64,000 bases of DNA from Candidatus Micrarchaeota archaeon (GTDB taxonomy: Archaea; Micrarchaeota; Micrarchaeia; Micrarchaeales; CABMGC01): positions 4,750 to 68,749 of the forward strand of contig JAJZJQ010000002.1 in assembly GCA_021851065.1 (NCBI GenBank). Reading direction: 5' to 3'. Every line of letters starts with the position of its first letter. Position 1 is the stretch's first letter. Positions 1 through 8,977 of this stretch are shown in pieces. Made by a program: the position numbers and the translations under genes. The notes under the pieces were generated by a model. The model searched no databases, was not told the DNA's origin, and worked only from the letters and a program-made list of their open reading frames with translations.

Positions 1-657
1 GCGGCGTTCATAGCTCTTGCGGCCACGTTTGCAAGAGTGTGGCTGGCCTTCCTTGTCACACTGGCAATAGCGGTGCCAGTATGCGTCTATATAGTCTTTA
101 TGTCAAAGCGCACGTCACAGTACATGCTTCTCTTTCAGATAGTGGCATCTGTGCCTGCAACAGTTCTGCTGCCTGCAATAGCTCTCGCCATTGGAGGAGG
201 CGCCCTCCATGGAGAGGTAGTAGCATTCATAATATTCCTCCTTAGCGGCATATGGTACGTCATATTCAGCGTTGTGGCCAGCGTGAAAACACTGCCGTCC
301 AACATATTCGAGGCACAGAAGACTTTCGGCATAAAGGGTTGGAACGCATGGAAGAACATCTATCTAAAGGCCATAGTTCCAGGGCTCATAACAGGAGCAA
401 TGACAGGCATAGCTGCCGAATGGAATGCAAGCATAGTTGCCGAGTACTTCACAAGTACAGGAATAACAGGCTCTACAAATATACTTAGCAGTGTTGGGAT
501 AGGGATAGGCAAACTGCTGGACCTCTCACTTGCCGCCGGAAACTCAGGGTTAGGCCTCATGGTGATTGCCCTTTTAAACCTTGTAGTGATGATATTGTTA
601 GTGAATACGTTCGTGTGGAAGAGATTCTACAACAGGATTGCAAGTGTATATAGGTAG
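1..657 (+). CDS. ABC transporter permease (NitT/TauT nitrate/sulfonate/taurine-like), 5' truncated by window edge
   Basis: Frame is open from nt 1. Multi-TM protein with a BPD_transp_1-like EAA region (FEAQKTFGIKGWNAWKNIYLKAIVPGLITG). Directly followed by the cognate ATPase gene. Confidence 0.75.
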   Translation, partial: AAFIALAATFARVWLAFLVTLAIAVPVCVYIVFMSKRTSQYMLLFQIVASVPATVLLPAIALAIGGGALHGEVVAFIIFLLSGIWYVIFSVVASVKTLPSNIFEAQKTFGIKGWNAWKNIYLKAIVPGLITGAMTGIAAEWNASIVAEYFTSTGITGSTNILSSVGIGIGKLLDLSLAAGNSGLGLMVIALLNLVVMILLVNTFVWKRFYNRIASVYR

Positions 658-666
658 GGTAAGCAG

Positions 667-1413
667 ATGAGAATGCTATCTGTAGAAAATGTTTCTTTCC
701 TTTACGAGAACAGCGCGCAGGAAATAATGAGCAAGGTCTCTTTCACAGCTGAGAAAGGGGAGTTCGTCTCCATAGTCGGGCCTTCTGGATGCGGCAAGAG
801 CACGCTGCTAAGAATAATAGCAGGGCTGGTTCAGCCGTCGTCAGGCAGAGTATTGTTCATGGATAAGAAGGTTGAAGGCCCTAACAGCAAGATGTCATTC
901 GTCTTCCAGGACTTCGCCCTCCTTCCATGGCTCACCAACCAGGATAACGTGAAGATGGGGCTTTCAATGACGGATCTTGATGATGACAGCAAAGAGGCAA
1001 AAGCAGCGGAGCTTCTGGACAGATTCGGTCTTGGAGGGTTCGAGAAATATTACCCCAATGTGCTAAGCGGAGGAATGAAGCAGCGCGTTGGCATTGCAAG
1101 GGCAATAGCGTCAGATCCGCAGGTCCTGCTTATGGATGAGCCGTTCAGTTCACTTGACGAGCTTACCGCAGAGACCCTCAGATCTGATATAATATACATG
1201 CTGGAGAACAAAAACATATCGGTAAATTCAGTGGTGATGGTAACACACAATGTGGAGGAGGCAGTAGAGCTGTCTGATAAGATAATCGTTCTATCTAACA
1301 AGCCGACTCACGTGAAGAGGATAATAAAGGTGCTGTGGAAGAGGCCCAGAGACAAGAGATCATCGCGATTTACAGACATAATGGATCAGATCTATGCAGC
1401 GCTTGCCCAGTAG
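667..1413 (+). CDS. ABC transporter ATP-binding protein (NitT/TauT family-like)
   Basis: Walker A GPSGCGKST, ABC signature LSGGMKQRV, Walker B LLMDEPFS, H-loop VTHN. Confidence 0.9.
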   Translation: MRMLSVENVSFLYENSAQEIMSKVSFTAEKGEFVSIVGPSGCGKSTLLRIIAGLVQPSSGRVLFMDKKVEGPNSKMSFVFQDFALLPWLTNQDNVKMGLSMTDLDDDSKEAKAAELLDRFGLGGFEKYYPNVLSGGMKQRVGIARAIASDPQVLLMDEPFSSLDELTAETLRSDIIYMLENKNISVNSVVMVTHNVEEAVELSDKIIVLSNKPTHVKRIIKVLWKRPRDKRSSRFTDIMDQIYAALAQ

Positions 1414-1440
1414 CGGGCTGCGCGCATTGTGCACTGCAGC

Positions 1441-1935
1441 TTACTTTGAATTTCTCTTGGCGCACCAACTGTCGTTTTCTATATCGTAGGCCAGCAGCTT
1501 GCTCCTGACGCCCCACCTTAGAAGGAGCTTCTTCATCTGCTGGCTGTTAACAATCTCGTCCTCATGAAGGCTTATGCCCTTGGATCTGAGGGTCGAGAGC
1601 AGGTCTGCAGTGCTAACCTTGCCGTCTCCGACTATCAGCAGCACGCTTTTGAACGGCTCTGTGCTTGCGAGCCCTTCACGTATTGTCTTTGAGAAGTTTG
1701 AGAATGCCAGAGCATTGCCCTTCCTGGTGAGTTTCAGCTCAGACTTGTTGACAGTAACAAGACCCAGGAGCTTGCATGCTTCTATAAGCGGCAGCAGGTC
1801 GTCTATGTCTTCCTCTGATTCCTCAGCCAGATCGGACATGCCTGCATGCCCTCCCCTCTCTTTTACTATGCTTATAATGGCCCTGACACGGCTTATGCCG
1901 GTGCCTAGGGGAAACATACCCTCCATAGCAGTCAT
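1441..1935 (-). CDS. Hypothetical protein resembling the stand-alone 'AAA-associated C-terminal domain' of NitT/TauT ABC ATPases
   Basis: 164 aa. Pattern ISRVRAIISIVKERGGHAGMSDLAEE..DIDDLLPLIEACKLLGLVTV..LKLTRKG recalls that domain. Convergent with the ABC ATPase gene. Assignment is from memory only. Confidence 0.4.
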   Translation of the reverse strand: MTAMEGMFPLGTGISRVRAIISIVKERGGHAGMSDLAEESEEDIDDLLPLIEACKLLGLVTVNKSELKLTRKGNALAFSNFSKTIREGLASTEPFKSVLLIVGDGKVSTADLLSTLRSKGISLHEDEIVNSQQMKKLLLRWGVRSKLLAYDIENDSWCAKRNSK

Positions 1936-1978
1936 TATACATAATAAAGCTTTTATTTATATGCAGCCAACGACAGGT

Positions 1979-2500
1979 TTACAAACCAGCCGCTCTACGT
2001 TGCCTCTTTTTGCGTGATGCCGGCAGCCTGCCAAGATAGTAATAGATCATGCCTGTGTTGATGGCGATCATGGCAAGCACTATCCACAACTGGTAAATGC
2101 CTATGGCAGTTACTATTCCAAGCGCCTCAAAGGCATTAATGCCTAAGAATAGTAGGATCGAAGTAAGCAGCGGCAGGGCGCAGGCGCATCCTGCCACTAT
2201 GCCGCCCATGGAAGGCAGCAGGACTCCCATTATGCCTCCTTCAACCCCAAGCCTTCTTGAGGCAGCAGAGTATGCAACGGTGAAAACACTTATTGAGAAC
2301 AGTATGCCTGAAGTCGCAACAAGCAGATATATCAGGTATATTGGCATCAGAACCAGAAAGACGCCGTAGTTGTCAGAAACCACAAGGTAATAAAATACAT
2401 AGTAGAAGACAAGGGCGCTTGCAGCGGCAATGGCTATGTAGGCCTTGCGGCTGAAGATGGCTGCAAAGACCCCTATCCTCCCTGTGCCTAACTGTCGCAC
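1979..2500 (-). CDS. Multi-pass membrane protein with intramembrane CxC motif (GCACALP)
   Basis: 173 aa with 4-5 predicted hydrophobic helices and a basic C-tail. Lies 7 nt downstream of the DUF929 gene on the same strand. Confidence 0.5.
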   Translation of the reverse strand: MRQLGTGRIGVFAAIFSRKAYIAIAAASALVFYYVFYYLVVSDNYGVFLVLMPIYLIYLLVATSGILFSISVFTVAYSAASRRLGVEGGIMGVLLPSMGGIVAGCACALPLLTSILLFLGINAFEALGIVTAIGIYQLWIVLAMIAINTGMIYYYLGRLPASRKKRQRRAAGL

Positions 2501-2506
2501 TTAGAG

Positions 2507-3586
2507 TCACGTCAGCTTGGCTTCAATGCCCTGTATTGCCGGCAGTGTGCACACGCTTGCAGTGTTATTAAGCGACTTGCACAGGGCTGCAGTATATACG
2601 TCGGCAGCTGCGTATTCGGTCCATCCGAATTGGTCGTTAGGTCTGGCAAGCTCGCCAAGTACCTGGCCATGCGTCATGAGCGATAGGTAAGGCAGGCCGG
2701 TGGCTGTAGCAGACTGGTTGGGGTTGCCAAAGTCAGCTGCGTCTGCGCCGTTGAATTGGTAGCGGCCCCAGATAGTATATGGTGTGCCGGCAAAAGCCGT
2801 AGTAGTGTTGCTGCTAAGGTTCAGTATGTAGTTGAATGCAGATAGGTCTGTTTTGTTGCCGATGCTCACGAGGTTTGACAGGATAGTCTGCAGCGGGTTG
2901 AGCTTGAATCCGCCCGTTATAGGGTTGATATCCTCAATTGAGACGAAGTTTATGTAATTGCTGGTGTAGTAGTTGTGCACGTCGTCGGTTGATGAGTTGT
3001 ATGGCTCTGCGGCCCAGTACAGTGTTGGCACATCGCCATCCCCGAATGATGAGTATCCGGTGAACAGCTGCGAGAATGTACCGAACCTTGACAGTGCTAG
3101 CGCCATGGCCCATCTGTTCTCCCCGCAGTATATGCACGTTATGGATCCCAGGTAGACTACAGAGGTCTTGTTGTTTGCTACGAATCCGTTCACAGTGTGG
3201 GCGTTTGACCCGAAGGATGGATACCCGAAGATCGGATTCTGTATCGTATCGTTCAGGTACATCTCCCCTGCTGTTTCAAAATAGGCGTTAGGCGCATTGT
3301 TAATTACGGAAAGCGAGGTGCTATTGAGCGGCTGGTTTATGCCGGCAAGTGTTGAGCCTGGCCCACCTGTTCCTGCGACAGTGGTAGTAGGCGAATTAGT
3401 GCTGGTGGGCAACTCTGATGCGAGCAGAATTACAGTAGCCAGGGACGCAAATATTGCGACTATACCCAAGATCAGGGCTGCTGTAGATACTATCTTTAGT
3501 TTCCTTACAGTGGACTCATATTTTGCCACTGGGCTTCTTGCTTGTTGTTGCCTCGGCATACTAATACACTCGTTATTGTTAGCCAT
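2507..3586 (-). CDS. DUF929-family thioredoxin-like protein, N-terminally membrane-anchored, extracytoplasmic
   Basis: N-terminal TM (IVSTAALILGIVAIFASLATVILL), then a T/S/N-rich linker. Hallmark DUF929 motif GSITCIYCGENRWAMALALSRFGTFSQL with CxxC. Confidence 0.65.
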   Translation of the reverse strand: MANNNECISMPRQQQARSPVAKYESTVRKLKIVSTAALILGIVAIFASLATVILLASELPTSTNSPTTTVAGTGGPGSTLAGINQPLNSTSLSVINNAPNAYFETAGEMYLNDTIQNPIFGYPSFGSNAHTVNGFVANNKTSVVYLGSITCIYCGENRWAMALALSRFGTFSQLFTGYSSFGDGDVPTLYWAAEPYNSSTDDVHNYYTSNYINFVSIEDINPITGGFKLNPLQTILSNLVSIGNKTDLSAFNYILNLSSNTTTAFAGTPYTIWGRYQFNGADAADFGNPNQSATATGLPYLSLMTHGQVLGELARPNDQFGWTEYAAADVYTAALCKSLNNTASVCTLPAIQGIEAKLT

Positions 3587-3686
3587 ATATTGGGTTTGGG
3601 ATACTTTATTAGCCTGCTTGCAATAACCGTGTACATTGTTATTGAGGCCAACATAACCCTTTTTAAGTTATGTTGCCAGCTATTAT

Positions 3687-3935
3687 GTGTTGGTTGGAAT
3701 GGCGTCCCTTAAAAATACGATAGCACTTGTTACAGTGCTGCTGTTTATATACAATATATTTTTCACATACATAGTGGTGAACCTTACAGCCGGACCAAGC
3801 AGGGATGTCTTCCTTATATTGCTGTCGCTTGACTATGTCATAATATTCTATTTCATACTGCAGGTAGCACATGAACTGAAATTTACCAAGCCAGGCTCTG
3901 ATGACAGGACAAAGGCAAGAAGACCAAGGAGGTGA
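3687..3935 (+). CDS. Small 2-TM membrane protein, hypothetical
   Basis: 82 aa with two hydrophobic helices and a basic C-tail. Tandem with a similar small ORF. Confidence 0.4.
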   Translation: MLVGMASLKNTIALVTVLLFIYNIFFTYIVVNLTAGPSRDVFLILLSLDYVIIFYFILQVAHELKFTKPGSDDRTKARRPRR

Positions 3936-3941
3936 AAGCCG

Positions 3942-4205
3942 ATGCATTTTGCTACAAAAGTGATAATAATCATAGCAATACTCTATAACGCTTCGCTTGG
4001 CTACTTCGTAACCTTGTCATTTGACCCCCTGATAGTTCTGCTGTTCCTTTCTGTAGACATATTCCTGATATTCTATTATGTGATGCTGCTAATAAGGTAC
4101 AACTACGGAATAGTCAAGTATGGGAAAGAGCATATGGAGCTTATAGAGGATGCCAGGTCTGAGCTTAGGAGATACAGCAAGAGCAAGCAGCAGCAAGGGC
4201 AGTAG
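3942..4205 (+). CDS. Small 2-TM membrane protein, hypothetical (possible paralog of the preceding ORF)
   Basis: 87 aa with the same topology as 3687..3935. Separated from it by 6 nt. Confidence 0.4.
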   Translation: MHFATKVIIIIAILYNASLGYFVTLSFDPLIVLLFLSVDIFLIFYYVMLLIRYNYGIVKYGKEHMELIEDARSELRRYSKSKQQQGQ

Positions 4206-4240
4206 TAATAACACTGATCGCATTTAGCTGAGGAGGTCTT

Positions 4241-5584
4241 ATGTGGTTTGAGGAGATAAGCAAGACTGACCCTGAAATATTCGGGTTTGTAAAGGACGAG
4301 TTGGCAAGGCAAAGAGACGGGCTGGAGATGATACCATCGGAGAACTTCACGAGTCTCGCAGTGATGCAGGCCGTAGGATCTGTACTAACTAACAAGTATT
4401 CTGAGGGATATCCGGGCAAGAGGTACTACGGAGGTAATCAGGTTATAGACAGCGTGGAGCGAATAGCAATAGAGAGGGCGAAGAAGCTTTTTGCCGTGCC
4501 ACATGCCAATGTGCAGCCTTACTCAGGATCCCCTGCAAACCTTGCAGTATACCTTGCAGTATGCAAGCCCGGGGATACCATATGCGGGCAGAGCCTTGCG
4601 GAGGGAGGCCACCTCACCCATGGCGCAAAGACAAGTATGTCAGGGCAGATATTCAACAGCGTCCAGTACGGGGTCAGGGAGGATGGCTACATGGACATTG
4701 AAGGCGCACGCAAGATAATACTTGAAAGCAGGCCAAAGCTAGTATGGGTCGGATCGACAGCGTATGCCAGGGAATTCCCGTTCAGGGAAATAAGCGAGAT
4801 AGCAGATGAGGTAGGGGCATATGTTGCTGCAGACATATCGCATGTTTCAGGACTTGTGGTTGGTGGCGCACACCCAAGCCCAGTTCCATACGCCCATATA
4901 GTGATGACAACCACACACAAGACGCTGAGAGGGCCAAGGGGAGCTATGATAATGGTTACTGACAAGGGGATTAAGAAGGATCCCGGGCTTGCTGAAAAGA
5001 TAGACAAGACTGTATTCCCTGGGCTGCAGGGAGGGCCGCATGACCATGTTACAGCAGGCATAGCAATAGCACTGCTCGAAGCATCGAGGCCAGAGTTCAG
5101 CAAGTATGCAGCGCAGGTAGTTAAAAACGCTAAGGCTCTTGCCAAGGGGCTTGTTTCTCGCAACATAACGCTCGTAACAGGAGGCACGGATAACCACATG
5201 GTGCTCGTGGACCTTACATCATTTGGCAAGGGAAAGGGAGTGTTCGCGCAGGAGGCTCTTGACTTGGTTGGCATAACGGCCAACAGGAATGCAGTGCCAA
5301 GGGATCAGGCTCCGCCTTTCTATCCTAGCGGGCTAAGGCTTGGCACCCCAGCGCTTACCACAAGAGGCATGAAGGAGCCCGAGATGGAGCAGGCTGCAGG
5401 CATGATAGCAGATGTGATAGAGAAGGTAAGTGCATACGAGTTGCCGGATGACAAGGATGCAAGGATAGCTGCTCTGAAGAGATTCAGGAGCGATATAAAG
5501 GCAGATAATGACCTTAAGCTGATAAAGAGCAGGGTAGTTGAGCTAGCATCAAAATTTCCGCTGTACCAGGGCATGCAATCCTAG
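4241..5584 (+). CDS. glyA: Serine hydroxymethyltransferase
   Basis: SENFTSLAVMQAVGSVLTNKYSEGYPGKRYYGG; PLP-lysine motif TTTHKTLRGPRG; full length 447 aa. Confidence 0.95.
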   Translation: MWFEEISKTDPEIFGFVKDELARQRDGLEMIPSENFTSLAVMQAVGSVLTNKYSEGYPGKRYYGGNQVIDSVERIAIERAKKLFAVPHANVQPYSGSPANLAVYLAVCKPGDTICGQSLAEGGHLTHGAKTSMSGQIFNSVQYGVREDGYMDIEGARKIILESRPKLVWVGSTAYAREFPFREISEIADEVGAYVAADISHVSGLVVGGAHPSPVPYAHIVMTTTHKTLRGPRGAMIMVTDKGIKKDPGLAEKIDKTVFPGLQGGPHDHVTAGIAIALLEASRPEFSKYAAQVVKNAKALAKGLVSRNITLVTGGTDNHMVLVDLTSFGKGKGVFAQEALDLVGITANRNAVPRDQAPPFYPSGLRLGTPALTTRGMKEPEMEQAAGMIADVIEKVSAYELPDDKDARIAALKRFRSDIKADNDLKLIKSRVVELASKFPLYQGMQS

Positions 5585-5609
5585 GCACTCTGCAAGTAGC
5601 GTCCCGTTG

Positions 5610-6041
5610 TTAACGAAGCCTGTGCTTAAACCTAAGATACAAGTATGCTGAGATGCCGCCGATTATAAACAGCGCCACGGCAGCTGCGGAATATGTTGCA
5701 TATTGGTCTTCACGCGCTGTAGATAGATTGCCGTAGATGAGCGCCACTACTGCATTGCTCCCAAAGAGAGTGAGATTTACAGTGCATGAGAGCGATCCGC
5801 CGTGCAATTTGAGATCTTGATCCAGGTACCATCTACAAGTTCGTACGGAGCGATGGATACGGATGGAGTGCCGCAAGGGTATGCCGGAGTTTCTACCACA
5901 TATGAGAGCTGCCGCATTAGTTGCGCCTGTAGCAATTGTAGTGTTAGCTGAAACTGCTGTACTTTGGCAGGTTGTGTGCCCTGATTGATGCAAGGGCCTT
6001 TGCGCCCTTGGATAAGCATTTTTATATATCTTAAGAGACAT
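5610..6041 (-). CDS. Doubtful hypothetical protein with C-terminal TM
   Basis: It is the only long ORF in the 455-bp glyA-dcd gap. I trimmed it to an internal ATG because the full ORF (to 6227) overlaps dcd. Its start abuts the dcd start, leaving no promoter space. Confidence 0.25.
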   Translation of the reverse strand: MSLKIYKNAYPRAQRPLHQSGHTTCQSTAVSANTTIATGATNAAALICGRNSGIPLRHSIRIHRSVRTCRWYLDQDLKLHGGSLSCTVNLTLFGSNAVVALIYGNLSTAREDQYATYSAAAVALFIIGGISAYLYLRFKHRLR

Positions 6042-6624
6042 GGTGAAGCGTGGTACAGTGATACTCTCAGACAATGATATTAAGAAGTACATGGACAGCG
6101 GCAAGCTCAGAATAGAGCCGTGCGAGCTGAATGAGCAGCTGCAGTCCATAGGGGTGGACCTTAGGCTTGGCACCACTTTCAAGATATTTAATGTAACGCA
6201 CAAATCGCACGTAGACCTTGCTGACAAGAACTACGAGCCTGACACCGAGACAATCGAGATACCAGAAGGCAAGCCGTTCGTACTGCATCCTGGAGAATTC
6301 GTACTTGGTATAACAAAGGAGCATGTGGAGATACCTGACGACCTTATGGCGCATATAGACGGCAGATCTAGCCTTGGAAGGCTTGGAATAGGCGTGCACT
6401 CTACTGCAGGCCACGCAGATCCAGGATACAAGGGCAGGCTGACTCTCGAGATAAGCAATATCGGCAAGCTGCCAATAGCCATAATACCCGGCATGAGGTT
6501 CTGCTGCCTTATATTCGAGACGCTTTCTTCACCGGTACAACGGGCATATCATGGAAAATATTACGATACAAAGGCCCCAAGCACATCGAAAATAGGCGAG
6601 GAGTTCACAGGCGCGCAGAAATAG
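6040..6624 (+). CDS. dcd: dCTP deaminase (possibly bifunctional dCTP deaminase/dUTPase)
   Basis: ILSDNDIKKY, GVDLRLG and HIDGRSSLGRLGI..H.TAG..DPGYKG.LTLE motifs. An alternative GTG start at 6055 would give the (M)ILSDNDI N-terminus typical of Dcd. Confidence 0.9.
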   Translation: MVKRGTVILSDNDIKKYMDSGKLRIEPCELNEQLQSIGVDLRLGTTFKIFNVTHKSHVDLADKNYEPDTETIEIPEGKPFVLHPGEFVLGITKEHVEIPDDLMAHIDGRSSLGRLGIGVHSTAGHADPGYKGRLTLEISNIGKLPIAIIPGMRFCCLIFETLSSPVQRAYHGKYYDTKAPSTSKIGEEFTGAQK

Positions 6625-6627
6625 CAA

Positions 6628-7203
6628 TCAATTCTGCTGTTCCTTCTTATCTGCGCTGACTCTTCCGCCTTGCCATTGGCCCTGGTAGGCCCGGCTAAGG
6701 TCCCCAACCACCACATGGAACACTATGTTGACAAATCTTGCGCCCAGCTCTAGCCTGAAGTTAGACGGACCCAGGTTGGCCATTGCGAACGTAAGCTCGC
6801 CGCTGTACCCGGGATCCGTCTTTGTTCCTCTAAAATAAATCCCTGCCCTCTGCAGGGTGCTGCGCGGATGGGCATCGGCCATCAGGAACGATGGCGCTAG
6901 ACCAGGTTCTATAATTATCTTCTCAGGTGGAAGGTTTACCTTTTCGATCGTCTTGACCAGTACGAACTGGCCTGGCTTTATTGCTACCTCCTTGTCTCCG
7001 TCCTTTATGTCTGCGATTTTCTTTGCTTGCGGGGTCTTGCGCTCGCTTTCGCCTAGAAAGCCTTCGCCTTCTATTGTGAATACCTCACCGGCCCTAAGGT
7101 CAAGGCCTACGCCCTCGGGATTGCTCTTCTCTCTTTCCGAGAGGTTTTCCACCAGATTGTATTTCTGGTTAAGTTCCAGTATCTTCTTTGCAGATAGTAT
7201 CAT
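6628..7203 (-). CDS. Second dCTP deaminase/dUTPase-superfamily protein (archaeal Dut-like paralog)
   Basis: MILSAKKILE N-terminus, GLDLRAGEVF, HPRSTLQRAGI..TKTDPGYSGELTFAMANLG. Start trimmed to the ATG at 7203; the track ORF extends to 7239. Lies 4 nt downstream of thyX. Confidence 0.75.
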   Translation of the reverse strand: MILSAKKILELNQKYNLVENLSEREKSNPEGVGLDLRAGEVFTIEGEGFLGESERKTPQAKKIADIKDGDKEVAIKPGQFVLVKTIEKVNLPPEKIIIEPGLAPSFLMADAHPRSTLQRAGIYFRGTKTDPGYSGELTFAMANLGPSNFRLELGARFVNIVFHVVVGDLSRAYQGQWQGGRVSADKKEQQN

Positions 7204-7207
7204 GCAA

Positions 7208-8830
7208 TCACGTTTTTGCTTTCTTGTCAAGCTCCTCAAGCTTCTTGTCTATCCTCTTCTCGCTGTCCATTCTTGCAAGTGCATAGTCGTTCATGTCGAC
7301 CTGTATGAACTCGAGCAGGGCAGGATGCACTTTCTCCACTTCCTTCTTCATGCTTTGCGCTATCTTCCTGTAGTCAGGATGGCCCTGCTTGCTCGACCTG
7401 AGCTCGGTGAGATGATACACTTCCCTAAGGTTCATCTTCATGTAGTAGCGCATGTGGTATGATCTTGGTACAAGGTACTGCGCCTCGATTGGCATCTCCC
7501 CCTCTATCTGCTGCTGTACCTGGGCCACATCCTCCATTAACTGTGCATACTCCTTGTCAAGCCCCACTGCCACAAGGTCCTGGGGCAGATCGTATCCAAA
7601 GCGCGTGGTGAGCCTTTGCTTGTCAAGAGTGAGCACCCTGTGCCTGTGCAGGTCCCTGAACATGCCGTAGTTGGAAAGTATCTCGAAAGTATAATAGGTG
7701 CTCTCAAGAGCCCTGCCCGGCTTATCCCTCCTGTTCCTCCTCTTGGATAGATAAGCTGTCACAAGCTCCTTGCGTCTATTCTCCGGCATGGCCTTTACTG
7801 TCTCCTTTAGGCTGTCCATTGATGCAGATGAATAACGATATAGCATGGCTGCAAGAACCCTGGCCTCGGCATCGCTATCGTATTCCGCAAGCTTTACATA
7901 TGCTTCCAACTGCCCGGATTCAGATGGAGGCATTACAGTCTTGCTTGCGAACTCAGCCATTGCTTCCCTTGTACCTATCAGATACTCTGAAGGCTGCGAC
8001 CTTCTCACGAAAGCAGGCATTATCTTGGCTAGCTCGGCATGCAACTGCCCTGCAAGCTGCACGCCCTCTGCAAGTTCTGATGAGTATAGCTTGGTTATGA
8101 GATACTCGAAGGCCCTGCCGTTGCCAAATAGCCCGACATTCGTGAGCCTTCCTGCAGTAAACATGTTCTTTAGCACGTCCAATGCCTTTGCGCGCGTTGC
8201 GCTCTCATATGCCCTTGGAGTCGTATCCTCTGCCCTGGGATTGTTCTCCTTCACGTACGATATCACCGTTGGGAGCCATTTGCAGTATAGATCGAATATC
8301 ATATCGTTGGTGCGCTCGTACAGGTCTGCGAATCTAGACCCCATGATCTTGGGGGAACGATACCAGAGATACTTGCCTGCGATTTTCTTGTCGAATGGTA
8401 TGTAGCGTGCAGACTTCTCAAGCGGAGAAATGCCAAGCCTTGAATCAGTCAGCAGGTCGCCTGCAAGGCTGGATACATTTTCGCATGCGATGTGGGCTCC
8501 TGCAAGCTCTGCCACTGAATCATCCCCATAACCAACCAATACCCTCTGGTAGAAATCTTCGGCCCTGCTTACTGCAATGCCTGATTCCGCTTTCTCCTTG
8601 TTCATGCTGCTTTCTATAATATCAGATATGTCCTTGTTAGGGATGAACTCATCCAGGAGCAGCCTTCTGGCACTCTTATCAGACCTGCTGTACCTTGAGA
8701 AGAGCGTACCCATAACCACTTCTGGAAGGTTCTTGAGCCCGAAGACGTGGCTGTCGGTATTGGTGAAGAATGGTTTTGCGATCTCCTTCTCCTTGTCGCT
8801 AAGGTCCACAGGGAAGGGTTCATCCGTCAT
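7208..8830 (-). CDS. thyX: Flavin-dependent thymidylate synthase, long (about 540 aa, two Thy1-like halves) form
   Basis: ThyX-like signatures LFSRYSRS, FRDLHRHR and YHLTELRSSKQGHPDYRKIAQ. Length is about twice that of canonical ThyX. The track ORF starts at a TTG (8860); the ATG at 8830 lies about 30 nt below a TATA-like TTTATACC. Confidence 0.7.
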   Translation of the reverse strand: MTDEPFPVDLSDKEKEIAKPFFTNTDSHVFGLKNLPEVVMGTLFSRYSRSDKSARRLLLDEFIPNKDISDIIESSMNKEKAESGIAVSRAEDFYQRVLVGYGDDSVAELAGAHIACENVSSLAGDLLTDSRLGISPLEKSARYIPFDKKIAGKYLWYRSPKIMGSRFADLYERTNDMIFDLYCKWLPTVISYVKENNPRAEDTTPRAYESATRAKALDVLKNMFTAGRLTNVGLFGNGRAFEYLITKLYSSELAEGVQLAGQLHAELAKIMPAFVRRSQPSEYLIGTREAMAEFASKTVMPPSESGQLEAYVKLAEYDSDAEARVLAAMLYRYSSASMDSLKETVKAMPENRRKELVTAYLSKRRNRRDKPGRALESTYYTFEILSNYGMFRDLHRHRVLTLDKQRLTTRFGYDLPQDLVAVGLDKEYAQLMEDVAQVQQQIEGEMPIEAQYLVPRSYHMRYYMKMNLREVYHLTELRSSKQGHPDYRKIAQSMKKEVEKVHPALLEFIQVDMNDYALARMDSEKRIDKKLEELDKKAKT

Positions 8831-8940
8831 AAAATAGCCCCGCATATACTTTTCCAGCAAAGGTATAAATACGCAAACTCCTTACATATCAAGCAATATT
8901 GAATAGAACTTTTCAATAAAAAGTTGAAAGAAAGCAAATA

Positions 8941-8948
8941 TTTATATA
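8941..8948 (+). promoter_or_regulatory. TATA-box-like element for the wHTH-grpE-dnaK-dnaJ operon
   Basis: TTTATATA lies 30 nt upstream of the ATG at 8978 in an AT-rich divergent intergenic region. The spacing would give a short or absent leader. Confidence 0.4.
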
Positions 8949-8977
8949 TTAGTTTGGCCATAATATGAAAAGATAGC

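Noticed and set aside
5610-6227. Full-length 205-aa minus-strand ORF
   Set aside because: Its first 62 codons overlap the strongly supported dcd gene. Only the trimmed version (5610..6041) is kept, at low confidence.
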